NCBI GenBank assembly: GCA_051362555.1
Contig: CM120641.1
Location: forward strand, 8,556,001-8,620,000
Source of the DNA: Lingula anatina
Lineage: Eukaryota > Animalia > Brachiopoda
DNA: 64,000 nt
Direction of reading: 5' to 3'
Below, piece by piece: positions 1 through 12,936 of this stretch. Position numbers and translations under genes: made by a program. Below the pieces are notes generated by a model. That model saw only the letters and a list, made by a program, of their open reading frames with translations, did not search any database and was not told where the DNA came from. Positions within the stretch are counted from its first letter, which is position 1, and each line of letters opens with the position of its first letter.

Positions 1-867
1 TCTGTTACCGTAAGAAACTTTGTATCCTTAGGCAGTGCACGCAGAATATTGTCATTAAAATATGTTCATCACACAACTCCGATCTTTTTTTAAAGATGGT
101 ACTTGGAAACTGCGTATATATGTGCTCCCGAGAAGCATTATTAAGGTCTACCGTGGGCTCACTGACTCTGTTTTACATAAGTAGTTTTCTTGAACAAACA
201 AACTTGGTAACAAAAATTGGAAAGTAAAGTGGAAAGTAAACAAATGGGAGCTCTGAGTTGGACAATTATTTTTTAAATAAGTTATTATCATCATCACTGT
301 CTTTTAAAACACAAATTAAAAAACCAAAACCCTGATTTCGTGAGTGCCAAATTGTTTTTAGACTGAGTCAGTATAAATAGTGTAAACTGCATGATTGAAG
401 AATTATTTCGTACATGTAGTTGCTTTAGTTTACAAGCTTTGTATAAATCATGACAGTAAAAAACACAGTACAATATTCAGAGATTTGGAACTAATTTGCA
501 TATTATGAAGATAATTATTATCATTATCAAAGCAGCCTTTAAAAAAAGAAAATGATAGTATAATTGAAACGCTGTTGACAATTTGGCTATTTTTCACTTA
601 ACAGCCTACATTCCCAATTTTGAATTCTTAGGCCTCAATTATGGAGTTAGCCTTACAACTGTTTCACTTTTTGCTTAACAGTTACGACGATGAATACAAG
701 TCTTAAGAAACCCTTAATGCATTCCTCTTGTAACGCCAAGTAACATTATACATGCGCAATACATTTTTTTGTCTAAAGACAATGGCGGGATCATGAGGCC
801 AAGAAAACCCTGGGCATTAAATTATCCTCACCACCTGCTTTCGCGAACTGTATTTCAGGTGAAGAAG

Positions 868-902
<35 letters not shown>
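868..902. repeat. (CT)n microsatellite
   Basis: Direct inspection; a second (CT)n lies at 1534-1568. Confidence 0.9.
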
Positions 903-1530
903 TAATCTTCGTGATTTTTTGCACCTGCTCAATTCAATTTTTCTATATTTTTTTCGTTCCCGTTTTATCTTGCTTGTACCGCTATACACTTATTAAGAAA
1001 AGACAAGAAAAATTGAAGAATACGATCATCGCGTGCAGACTGAGCGCTGTAGAACTTAGCCCTTTCGAATCATCTCCTAGGAGCATATGTTGACATTTTC
1101 ATCCATTTCTTTAGCACAGTTTGGAGGCGATGGCTCAGGGCTAATTTGTGAAAGATAATTAAACGCGGCAAATGAGACTCCTCTGCGTGAAGCATCAGCC
1201 TCGCCTTTCATACCTTCGATGCCTTGGTTCAAGACATTGTGCTGCAGGGGAAGAACACCGTATCACTCATTTACCGCGTGCAGCGTGTGCGCCTTCGACC
1301 GGGTCATTAAAATCTGTTCGATGTATGCGCAGCTCCCTAATGCAATTCCCTCTTTATTTGAGCAGATTGAAAAGAACATTAAGTACAAGCATGGCGTGAT
1401 GGATGGACGTCTCCAGATAATAAGACCTAATGAGGCTTTTGTTTCGCGAGAAAAAAATAAACAAATTGGTCCTTGGGGAAGCTAGGACTTGCTGTAATGT
1501 TAGGACCAATCCATCACAGCACTTCCACGA

Positions 1531-1572
<42 letters not shown>

Positions 1573-3725
1573 GCATTTCCATATTTTTCATATTTCTCCC
1601 TTTCTCTTTTTTTTCTTGTGCAGTCGGAAAACTTAAACATACCAAGTCTATACACAAATGCCCATTCGCAAAAACACATACACACACCAAAGGGAAGGAG
1701 AACTTGAATGCTCTATGCATAATATCTACTAAAAAATCTACTAAAAAAAGCCAACATTGCCCTGCCTCAGTAAGTTGACTAGGTTATCAGCAATGTAGGA
1801 CATTTGATCGGCGAACAATAGCTATATTCATTGCAGCTAATGGAGTGACTAAGAACGGACGATGCATTTATTTTATTTCTGGGAAATGAAAAATAAGACA
1901 TCAGTCAACGAAGCTCTAATTAAGGAATGCCCCCAGACAATCTGGATCCACTGCAAGCGAGATAGCATCCTGAAAATGAACCGTGCAGTCTTAATTAGTT
2001 AACCGAACAGATATCGGTAATCAAACAAACTGGGAAATATGTTTGAAATAAACTGACGCCCCGTTTATCACGCCAGATAAAATCAAGCCGACACCTTCCA
2101 GTTGCTTTTCCCTATTCCGTATTCATAGTATTTGTCAGTATTCTTGATTAGATAGCAATCAACTTTGCTCTCTCAATTGCAGAACAAACCCCATGGCAAT
2201 ACGGAATGGAGTAATCTATTCCTATTAAATACAGCAGCATTCTAAGATAACGATTGTGATGCTTATTTTTGAGAGCGAGCTTAAGGTTTATCCTTAATAA
2301 ATAAAACGCGTTTTTAAAGGTCTAACATATGTTTTAGTTACAAGGAAAATATATGAAGCGTAGGTGTGTTGATGACGTCATCCAGCGCGATCGGAGTCCC
2401 GAGGGGATAACGAGGCAGAATCGGTGAAATTGAGTGGAATGTTTCGACACCTGCTCCCGTCTTTGCAACATTACTTTCGGATGCTAATGTTGTTAAGGGC
2501 ATTGCGATTCACCTCGTTTTATTAACATTCCAGCTAAGGCTAAATGATAAAGAGATCTGTTTATTGTATCACTGGCATCTTTGTCAATGTTACAAAACAC
2601 GAAACAAACGTCAAACGAATGATGAAATAAAATCTTAGATAACGTCCAGGCTTTCAACAATACTTAAAGCATTACAGAAAACCGACAAGGGATCAGACAA
2701 AACTAAACTTATGTGAATTTTAAATGATAAATTAAAATAAAATGACAATATTGTGGGTGACGGAAATTAATTTCATTTGTGAATTAACTCTAAACATAGA
2801 GAAATATATTGCCAGCCGCTATCAATATGATGTTAAGACAGGGAGCATGCAGTGGTGATAGTGGGGGGGGGGGGGGGGGGGGGTCAATTAGGGTGTTTAT
2901 CAAGGCATTGTATAATAATAATAATAATCTTTTAGCAAGATATTCTTTCACATGTTGAAATAAATCTGTTAGGAAAAATACTCATTGAATAATTATGGAA
3001 AAGAATAAAGTGAAGGTTTATCAGTATTTCGAGTTCATCTAAAGAAACTAAAAGAAGCATACGCCATTTGCCTGACAGCACTGAAGCCGCCAGGTTCCTA
3101 AGAAATTTCATCTTTAAAGATTCTCATACGATAACTTAATAATGCCCCCGGCTTTAACATTCGAAGAGGTTTTCTAAATTTCGCTTAATGCGTCTCGGGT
3201 TGTAACCTTCTGTTTTCTGATAACGATTTCATGTTCACTTTACTGAATATGTCGGGAATACTTCGTCTCTAACTTAATTGCCAGGGACATATTTTTATTA
3301 CAAACTGCCAGTAATCACGTCAAATCAATTATAATGGACATATTTCGCTATTTCTTTAGGGAAAGAGAAAGGAAACGCATGCAAATCAAAACTCAGAAGG
3401 GCATTTGACTTTATTAAGAAATCAAACGCGCGAATCCATCATGCATATGCTTATTTCGATTTCAATAATACTATTACCTTCGCATATGCCTAAGATGGGA
3501 AAGTTAACAAATCAACCACTCACCAAACATTGCCATATCGATTGTAACGCAGCGAAGGGATAAATTGCTTGAATAAAATGAACTGTAATGTAATGGTCTG
3601 GTATTTGTCGAAAATCTGTTGAGTTTTCCCTACAGTAAGAAGACTTTCTCTCTCAGGACTATACATGTATATTGGTTTGTCTTTTCTCATTTAAAAGTAA
3701 CAAGGGTAAATAGAAAGGCAGTGGT

Positions 3726-3859
3726 ACGTTTTGTGGGCTATTTAAATATCGCCTTTGTTTCTTTAGGATTATATAATGGGGATGATTACATGACACGTTT
3801 TGTATGCTATTTTAACATCACCTTTGTTTCTTTAGGACTGTATAATGGGGGTTATTACA
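3726..3859 (+). repeat. 69-bp diverged tandem duplication spanning a PRDM8 splice acceptor
   Basis: acgttttgtgggctatttaaatatcgcctttgtttctttaggattatataatggggatgattaca versus acgttttgtatgctattttaacatcacctttgtttctttaggactgtataatgggggttattaca; AG at 3765-3766 and at 3834-3835. Confidence 0.9.
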
Positions 3860-5864
3860 TCGGAGGATATTCCGTGTGGCCGAGAGTTTGGACCATATCC
3901 TGTGGGCCCAAGTATTCTCGACCCTGGGGTAGGAATCGCTTGGCGGACGCAACATTTTGTTGAAGAAGAGCACAAGATTAAGGTATGTACGTACTTCGTT
4001 TATCAACGTAGCAAAATAAATCCCTTCAATCAAATGCAAATTAGTAAGTGAAACTTGCTCATTTGTAAAAAGGGAATATTGTATCTATATTAAACAGGCC
4101 GCTAATATTTTAATTCACATGGCGAATTCTTGTCTAAGCAATTCTACAATTCACCAGAATAACTGTAATACATTTGTTGAACACGTCCCGTTGAAAATGA
4201 TACTTCAACTATCCAGATAAACCCGGATCTGGAACCAGAGACTTGGCTCCCACTTGTTCAGACTGCAAAAGACATCCGAGACCAGAATCTGGAAGCGTTA
4301 CTACGAGAGGGAAGAGTATATTACAGAGTAATCCGCCATATACCTGCGCTGGAGGAACTGCTAGTGTGGTATGGAGATGAATTTGCTGCTGCTATTGGTT
4401 TGAAGGACATTAAAGATGGACACAATGTTATTATAGGTATGAAAAATTGGTCATCAATTTCCTGTCCAAATCAGCAAAATGCATGAAAGACTCGATGAGG
4501 CTCATTTGATATATGGTACGCTAAAAGATTGCGGCCATGATTTATAAAACCAAAATAAGGTTTACTGCATTTATATGTGAATGTCACTTTTCATTTGAAT
4601 CTCATTCAGTATCAAACATCTACCAAAATTTGCAAAAATTAATGGTCCAGTAAGTTTTCAGGAGCATTTTAGCAAATGGGTCGATTTAATTAAATCAAAC
4701 CAATAACGTTTTCCTCATTTTTATATTTAGAATAAATCTGTTTTTGACATAGATTCATGTCTGGTATTCGAAGTAACATCTTGACATTTTTCTATTTCAG
4801 ATGGTTCGTCATATTGCTGCCCATACTGCAAGACAGATATTCGAATGTATCACAGTTTTCTGGCGCATGTGGCATTCCTATGCCCACGACTCCATGGGGA
4901 GCCAAGCGGCGACAAAAGAAATAAAACTGATCAAGATCGCCTGAAATTGGATCAACGCGATGGTATGACCGCTGAATCGCGCAAACGCAAACGATCTGGA
5001 GGGGACGAAAACCAAAACACCATTAAAAGGCGGTCACCTCACGAAGGAGGACAAAAAGAGACATCACAATGTCAAATGATGAATGACGTCATGGACGATG
5101 ATGTTGAAGAAGTTCAAGTGGGGCATGGTTCTGGTAAGAGCGCTTTTAGGAGAGTCGAAAAGAACAATCCTGATGTTGACAATATTGTAAAATCGGAAAG
5201 TGCTGGTGGATCGTTTCGAAGGAAGTCGCCATCTGGCGGAACACTTGACCAAGATGGTCACCCTATACACGTTCCAAAACCCGTGACAATGACTGTAAGC
5301 CACGCATCAAGTAGTTACCTCTACACAAACAATCCTTTCATGTCTTTTCTCAGACGACCGAATATTCAATCAGGCCAGGAGGGCGAACAAAGCGAAAATT
5401 ATTACGGCAAAATCGCTCAACTCTTTCCGCAAAAACTCTTTGAACTTGGTTCAGTGTTGCCAGCAAATAAACCAGTGGATCTGAGAACAAATGTAACGCC
5501 GACTGTTTCATCCATTTGCGTGCAACCTACATATCCACAATCAACATCTTTAGAACAACGCGGGTCTATTTTACCCAAACCAAACACCAACATGATCGAG
5601 AGACTTCTAAATACTAACCCATTACTTAATGCAGCCAATCCCTTCATAGCGGCAACTCCCTTTAATTTGACTCAGAATTGGTGCGCAAAGTGCAATGCCA
5701 CTTTTCGAATGACGAGCGATTTGGTTTATCACATGAGAACACATCATAAAAAGGAAACAGACCAGGAGAAAAAGAAAAGAGGAGATAAACTGCGTTGTAA
5801 CGTTTGCAACGAGACGTTTCGAGAAAGGCATCATCTCACAAGGCACATGACGTCACACCTGTAG
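3836..5864 (+). CDS. PRDM8: PR/SET domain zinc-finger transcription factor PRDM8 (ZNF488/PRDM8 family); 3 exons seen, 5' exon not located
   Basis: Exons 3836-3982, 4217-4436, 4801-5864 join in frame with AG/GT boundaries. They encode a PR domain (GVITSEDIPCGREFGPY...TWLPLVQTAKDIRDQNLEA...YYRVIRHIPALEELLVWY), a CPYC...HVAFLC finger, and C-terminal fingers QNWCAKCNATFRMTSDLVYHMRTHH / CNVCNETFRERHHLTRHMTSH nearly identical to the vertebrate PRDM8 C-terminus. The start may be ATG 3845 or an upstream exon. Confidence 0.93.
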
Positions 5865-7304
5865 CTAAATTAAAACACTCGACTCTCTAAGGGGATCATA
5901 TTTAATCTATACATTTATACAGTGAATTGTTATCTGATTGAAAAACAAATACTTGGCCTTTTGTGTTGAATAACGGCCAATCCTGTATTATCATTTTTGG
6001 CGAATGTAAATTGAAAGGAAAATCATTGTATAGCCTAATATATGCGAGTAACTGTTTGTGTAATGTAGATACCGTTTTGATTATCGTCTTTTTGATAATA
6101 TTTCTGGTCCAGTTGCTCTCTGGATCTCAAATGAGTGTACTTTCCCTATTATTTAACGCGGTCGCTTTCGCAGCATCACGTATTTCTGAGAATTGTCAAG
6201 TAAACATGTTTTGAATTTATAGGCATATTGCCAGCTTCAGCATGAAGGGATTTTAGCAGATTACGCCTGTGACATCTACGAAGAAACGGCTGTATAAGAC
6301 TGTATATTGCATAATGATGTCCTTGTTTAATCACTGTTCAAATGTAAATTGCGTAAGTTCCGAGTATTAACAAACACAAAAACAGTGAGCTTATCTTAAT
6401 TAGAAGACCAAAATTTCAGATAAATCTGTTATCCAACTTCGATGCAGGAGTGTTATTGATGTTAAAGAAAGCATTACATAAGGCAATTGACTATGTACAG
6501 CGTGTATACATGTGAACGTTTGAAGAAAGCAACGATGTAAAAAAATGGATACAACGTAGACACACTGTATGAGACTGTATGTAATGTTTGATGTAAAAGT
6601 CTGCATTGAAACAACCTATAGGATGTGCTGTAATATTATTGAAATGTTTTAAGAATTATAATTGCTTTCGTAATTAAGAGAAGCTGATCAAGTTTTTGAC
6701 AGATCTGGTATCAATGACAATGAGTGAAATCAAAGTGTCACTGAATTTTTTGCCAGCGGATTGAGCGTAGGCGCTGGTCGTCGCTTTAATAATTGAAATA
6801 ATATATGACATAAAAGACTGACACCTTCCATCTGTTTCTCTGTTTTTCTAGCATAAGTAATTTTAAGTTTGTAATCATCACATAACATTCATCTAATATA
6901 ACGTATAACATGAGAGCGTGCTATTGAGAGGGATGCTTTTTTCAGTCTAATAGCAAAATTTACGAGTTAAAAATGGAATAAGTGTTTTGGATAGAACTAA
7001 TTTCTCGACAGCTAACAATTGATCCCTTCATTTGATCAATTTTACCCTTCTGTTGAATTTTTGTATCTTTAAGAAACAACTTAAAAGTAGACAATACATG
7101 GGTAACCGGCAGAACATCTTCAGTCTTTAATTAAGGCATTTTTTTTTCAGGTACAGAGACTGGTCAAGTACCATGCCTTTAATTGATAAAGTCATTCTCC
7201 TGGCAAAACAGTTCAATTTCTTTTGCGATATAACAGCTTTGGCACCTCTACCGCAATCCGCTGTACGTTAGTGGTTCAGTTTGAGCTCAAAAGGTGAGGA
7301 GCAA

Positions 7305-7452
7305 CTGGGCCCCGTAACTCGAAAGCATTGCGCGAATAGCGATGTCACATAGAGGCTACAATGTATTATATGGGGAGAGTATGGGAGAGTTATGGAATCG
7401 AGACGCTTGCGCTCGGTCGCAATGTGCGATGCTTTCGAGTTACGGGACCCTG
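7305..7452. mobile_element. PIF/Harbinger-type (Tourist-like) MITE
   Basis: TIRs ggccccgtaactcgaaagcat / atgctttcgagttacgggacc flanked by CTG on both sides (CWG target duplication). Shares atggaatcgagacgcttgcgc with the element at 11304. Confidence 0.75.
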
Positions 7453-8825
7453 CTCGTTTTCAGATGTAACAATGGAACTAGCCAGTCTTTTGTGCAATCC
7501 AAACCGAAACAACGCGTACAGAGTAAAGATTTTTTTCAAAATCCTCTGATGCTTCAGAACGGATAGTATGTCACTCTGAACTTGTGACCGACAGTTATTT
7601 GAGACCTCTCAGCAAATCACTGGTCTTAGTAATTGAGACGTCTTTGAAATGTTAACGTATGAAAAACATTCCCTTTTTAAACCGTTTCAAAATGTCATGA
7701 TGTTGAGACCACGCAAGACATATACATAAAGGGTCTTCGGAATACTTTATTAAGGTAGCTGGAAAACGTTGCAATTTGGTTGGCAAATACCTGCTGTATC
7801 CACCACACATGGTCAACAGTTTTTTAGATAGTTGAAAAAGTCCATCAAAACTAAAGAAAGACGTTGTGAAATGCATTATCACAGTACTTTTTAAAGTACC
7901 GGATAGCGAATACGTCATATTGATGGTGTAAAGATCACTCAAGATCAATGCCAATACGTTATTTATACTTTTTGAAAAATTCGATGATAGTTCATGTTTT
8001 TAAATTGCTAAAATTAATGATTTTTTAGATGCTATTAACGTAAATAGTGGGTCTGAACTGCGTACAATTTGAAAAAGCTAACAATAAAATTACTCATAAT
8101 GTGGGTACACTGTGAAGAAGCGAATCGTCCTTTAGGACTCGGATGACATAATATGCACAGTCTATCAGATTTAGGAGTGAATTTGAATCTATTATGCATT
8201 ATAACTGTACGTATTTTCTCGACTAGTTGTTGATTTATATATTATAGAAAAGTTGACCTTGCAACATAATTAATTATGGCATAATTGTGTCAATAAAAGA
8301 AATTAAATTGGATATAAATATGGAGTTTTATTTCTATATAAGCGAAAGAGAACACGCAGCATGGTATTGTAACAAACTTTACCAAAATCTGTAAATAAAT
8401 ATTTCCAAGAAAACCGTACTAAATTTCTACTGTTTCTAATCCAGTGAATTCCCTTCATTTTATGTTAACATTTCACGCAACTCACGCTTATGGTCAGTTG
8501 ACAGGGCTTTAGATAAGTGTACTGTAGCTGTCTCTATCATCCCAGGTGCATACTAGTCATTTCTATGGTACTTGATGGTTTCCTGCCGATTAAACATGCA
8601 GATAACATCCTCGCAGGGCATGCGGATATTCCATTAAAACATTTGCAAAAGGGAACTGTAAGTGAAGATTACAGCTACCTGAACACGAGCTGCATTTCAG
8701 TCCTTCACCTTTGAAACTTGTTTTCATTTTTTTTCGCAGTACCAAAACTAAGAACGGTAATCAAGAAAATTTTCAGCATTTATTTAATATAATAAAATAA
8801 TTAAACATTCCACATTAATATCTTC

Positions 8826-8830
<5 letters not shown>

Positions 8831-8900
<70 letters not shown>
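8831..8900. repeat. (AT)n microsatellite
   Basis: About 35 AT units. Confidence 0.95.
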
Positions 8901-8904
<4 letters not shown>

Positions 8905-9963
8905 ATGTTGTTTTCAACTTTCCGTTGTTTTAGGCACGCTATGCGACCAACTGCACATCAAATCCTATTCGGACAATCCACTTTGACAGTCCTGGCTTGT
9001 AACTTCGCTACAGGGTGGGGGTTTCCCCTCCACAAGTTTTCTGCTGTTTAGATGCATCAAAAAAAAAAAAAACACTTCAAAATACACAAAGTGTAAAAAT
9101 AGATATATTTTGCAGGATGCGTCACGCTGTGAAAAAAGAAGTCGCCTGAATGTCAGTGGTCAAATTGTTTTTTTTTGTCTTCTCTATCACAGTCGAGTTG
9201 ATCGAATGTGTTATTTGTGTAAGGTTTTCTGCAGCTTGCAGCACACCGCGCTACTAATTTCACAGAAATGTGATTATTCTGTTGACAGTGTAGTAGAAAA
9301 GGTGGTGATTTTCATCTCTCAAATTTAATGAGCTATGTCGTGAAAAAAAAGCGTAACTCGGTTAAAAGGGTAGAGTGCAGATAAAATATTTGAATGCTTC
9401 ATCCTTTCGTGTGTTGAGTGAAAGACGCGGTTTCCGAATAACCTACTTGAACCAACCTATTTTCTTTCACATTTTCACATATTATGTGTGATCATGCGTG
9501 ATCACCAAGTAAATCCATCAAATGATAGATGGAACTTGAGACAGAATGGATTGAAGTGAACCCCCTAATTGCGGAAACTGACAACCTGGCCGTTAGCTCT
9601 GAAGTTCTATCGTGCAGGAAATTTGTACTATTACATCTGTGATCATCTGTATATATACTGGTGTGCGTATCCGGGCCCAGCTGGCTAATTAAGTATATAA
9701 AGAATAGCGGTGATGATCATCTTCTCACCAAATTTCCACACACATGACGGACCACAAAGTTAACCAGTGTTATGAATTACTAAATATGTCCTCCATTTGA
9801 GCCTCCATTGAAACTGTAGCTTGTGCACTGATCGCTAGTAGGAAGCAGCGACATTGAGCAACCATTTGTAAGGTACAAGCGTCAAATGACCATTGTTCCA
9901 TGATAACGCCTCGGGTTCTGGCTTCGTGAGGAAAGTGTAATAAAATACAATTATCTCAAGTTG

Positions 9964-10540
9964 ACCTGCCCAAACATAGCTTGCACACGACAAACCTGGA
10001 TTATATGGTAACAAGGTTGGTAATTACCTGTATGTTAAAAAATAAAGATTGGTAACTGATAACATGCATGTTTGTTTCACCTGCCCAAACATAGCTTGCA
10101 CACGACAAACCTGGATTATATGGTAACAAGGTTGGTAATTACCTGTATGTTAAAAAATAAAGATTGGTAACTGATAACATGCATGTTTGTTTCACCTGCC
10201 CAAACATAGCTTGCACACGACAAACCTGGATTATATGGTAACAAGGTTGGTAATTACCTGTATGTTAAAAAATAAAGATTGGTAACTGATAACATGCATG
10301 TTTGTTTCACCTGCCCAAACATAGCTTGCACACGACAAACCTGGATTATATGGTAACAAGGTTGGTAATTACCTGTATGTTAAAAAATAAAGATTGGTAA
10401 CTGATAACATGCATGTTTGTTTCACCTGCCCAAACATAGCTTGCACACGACAAACCTGGATTATATGGTAACAAGGTTGGTAATTACCTGTATGTTAAAA
10501 AATAAAGATTGGTAACTGATAACATGCATGTTTGTTTCAC
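9964..10540. repeat. Tandem array: 5 apparently identical copies of a 115-bp unit
   Basis: Units start at 9964, 10079, 10194, 10309 and 10424 (acctgcccaaacatagc...gcatgtttgtttc). No differences seen between copies. Confidence 0.97.
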
Positions 10541-10661
10541 TGGTACTGAAAAGAAAGTGAATGGGAACGTTTCATATTTTACTGGCGAAATTTTTTGGTG
10601 AGTATATCAGTGTGTTGGTTTGTTCGTTTGAGGTCAATCTTGCGTTGTAAGATAGAGGCCA

Positions 10662-10831
10662 TGTAACAGGAATGGAAGTCCACTAGGAACCTTAGTCCGC
10701 TTTCCATTACTTTGTACAGGCGACATTCGTCCCATATACTAACCCCAATACTCCAACTAAACCTAACCTCTACTACATGCAATCATATGGGATCCCGCAT
10801 TTCCATTCCTGGGACTTCCATTCCTGTTACA
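10662..10831. mobile_element. Small MITE-like element with ~20-bp TIRs
   Basis: tgtaacaggaatggaagtcc ... ggacttccattcctgttaca, with an internal ctaacc-rich tract. Confidence 0.6.
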
Positions 10832-10980
10832 GCCATAAGAGACTTCGGTTTCAAAAATATTGTATGATGCTATGACCTAGGATGAACCCTATATTGATTT
10901 TCATTAGGATCATATTTACTGTTCATACATAACATAATTCATTTTGAAATAAACATGGGCAAAGCCCATTGACAATTTTT

Positions 10981-11077
10981 AACAAGGCAGCAAAGCTGTC
11001 AAATGTGCAGACAAAAGATAGAACATGCATGTAATGATGCACAAAATAGATTATTTTGTCAATGTTGATGCAATAAT
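10981..11077 (+). repeat. Interspersed repeat end (AACAAG-starting, Helentron/DINE-like), second copy at 31471
   Basis: aacaaggcagcaaagctgtcaaatgtgcagacaaaa at 10981 versus aacaaggcagcaaggctgtcaaatgcacagacacaa at 31471, with weaker similarity over about 95 bp. Confidence 0.6.
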
Positions 11078-11303
11078 CAGGGGCGGATCCAGGTTTATTT
11101 GGCGTGGCGTGGGTTTATGTACCGGTAGTACCAGTGCGTACCTCTCTTTCACTGTTTTACTTTAGGAACTGACAAGGTACCGATTTAAAACTATGCCATT
11201 AAAACTATGAGACACATGTCAAACTAAATTTATAACGCAGACTATGTGACACTATTTTTGTCCACCGTGCAAGGTTGCTCATGTCGTATGCTGCAGAAGA
11301 ATA

Positions 11304-11453
11304 CTGGGCTCCGTATCTCGAAAGGTTCGCTATGTTGCGCACGTGCGCAAGTGTCTCGATTCCATAACCGATTCTTTCGAGATACGGGGCCATGGAATCG
11401 AGACGCTTGCGCACGTGCGCAAAATAGCGAACCTTTCGAGATACAGAGCCCTG
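11304..11453. mobile_element. Palindromic PIF/Harbinger-type MITE with three TIR copies
   Basis: ctg|ggctccgtatctcgaaaggttcgctatgttgcgcacgtgcgcaag...cttgcgcacgtgcgcaaaatagcgaacctttcgagatacagagcc|ctg; arms about 58 bp; extra internal TIR ctttcgagatacggggcc at 11374-11391. Confidence 0.8.
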
Positions 11454-11503
11454 ATTTTCCAGTTCCTTTCTTGCACGATTTACTCACATAACAAAATACT
11501 ATC

Positions 11504-11725
11504 CAGGGGCGGATCCAGGATTATTTGAAGGGGGGCGCGGATGCGAAGCCGACCCCCCACCTCAACGCTAAAGGGCCCTGAATTTTTTGGTATTTTAGGG
11601 GGCGAGCGGTGCCATTTGGTACGGTTTAGAAAATTCTAATTTCAAGAGGGGACCGTGGGTGATTTTTTTTTTGGAAATCGAAGGGGGGTCAGGACCCCCT
11701 GACCCTTGCCCCAAACCCGCCCCTG
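11504..11725. mobile_element. CAGGGGCGGATC-family MITE (hAT-like, ~5-bp TSD)
   Basis: Ends caggggcggatcc / aaacccgcccctg; flanks ctatc/ctatg. Related ends at about 11078, 12048, 13581 and 35341. Confidence 0.6.
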
Positions 11726-12786
11726 CTATGGACAGATAACAAATAACAAATGATGGACAGATTCGATAATGTTAACGAAACCGGCATCAGTCAATTATAC
11801 CGGCTTCGGGTCGAACACCGCCAAGATCTGACCTCACCCGAAGTCAATAATTGTATGTAAATGTAAATACCTTTTACATGCCTTTATAAGCCAAACCGCC
11901 GTTTTGCCCGAAGCCGTTACGCCCCTGATGAGCTTTACTTATAGCTCCTCGTCAAAAGCTGAGCACCTTTCAGCATGAATAAGACCTTTTATATACAGTG
12001 TATATATACTCGGTACAGACATTTAAATAAATTGAAGGAAAATATACCAGGGGCGGATCCAGCGTATTGGATTTGTCGCTGTGTTTTGTCGTCTACTAGG
12101 AGATTTTTACTCAGTCGACTTCGGTCGTAAACAGACGACTTTTTATCTCATTTGGAGACATACATGTACATGTAGGTACATGTATTTGCCATATTGCGAT
12201 TTTGTTATGTGACAAGAAATTGTTACCTCAGGATATAAGACTCGACTTCAGTTGTGGTTTCTTGGGTTTCTTGAGATCACCCACGAAGTCATTAAATTAA
12301 AAGACGATATTGTTCAGTTTGTTTTTATTGGTAAACAACATTGTTAACATGTGCAGAGTCATTGTGTACCATCGATTTGGTTCGATAACGAGCCACAGAT
12401 AGTTAAATAAAGACAGCCATGTCGTCATCTTAAAATGTCAGGGAATGTAGTCACGAAAAGGTCTAAACCATGCTTCCTTTTTCTAACTTGGTTCATAACC
12501 ATACTTGCAAACCAAAATTTGGCATAATTTAGGAACAAGTGATCAGTTCTGCAGAAGGCACTTATTGTCTACTTCGTTATCTACATATAAAGCTAGCTCT
12601 AACCGGTGGTTAGCTGCTCATGAGCCCCTGCAAAGGTGGAATGACAAAGCGTGGATTGAATAACACGTAAGCAAAAGTTACAACACGAGTCGTCTTGCAT
12701 GCGACTTACAAGAGCGTATTTATATCGAGGCTGAGTCTCGCTTTAATTTCCTCTTGTATGTTGTATACATTGATCGACTAATAACC

Positions 12787-12936
12787 GTAACTGACTTATC
12801 CCACGGCTGGCGCTTCGAACAATAGAGTGATTGTATGTGTGTTTCCCTTGATCAGAACGCATGAAATACAGACAAAAGTGTAATCGAAATACATTCTTTT
12901 GCTCAAAGCGCCAGACGTGGGATGAAAGTCAGTTAC
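12787..12936. mobile_element. MITE-like inverted repeat
   Basis: gtaactgacttatcccacggctggcgcttcgaacaa versus the reverse complement of ttgctcaaagcgccagacgtgggatgaaagtcagttac (about 45-bp imperfect arms). Confidence 0.6.

Noticed and set aside
769-1778. Cluster of short ORFs upstream of PRDM8
   Set aside because: They run through (CT)n microsatellites, giving SLSL/ERER low-complexity peptides with no domain signal.
3619-3963. 114-aa ORF with an internal repeat (FVSLGLYNG twice)
   Set aside because: Alternative-frame read-through of the 69-bp duplication and the PRDM8 exon.
9964-10540. CRISPR-like array
   Set aside because: Units are fully identical with no unique spacers, there are no cas genes, and the context is eukaryotic.
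11205-11528. Overlapping ORFs on both strands with mirrored peptides
   Set aside because: Artefact of the palindromic MITE; the same applies to the ORFs at 7342-7566.
11924-11960. Hammerhead ribozyme (CTGATGAG followed by a short stem)
   Set aside because: The required GAAA directly after stem II is missing (agc is followed by tcct), and no stem I/III with a cleavage triplet could be built.
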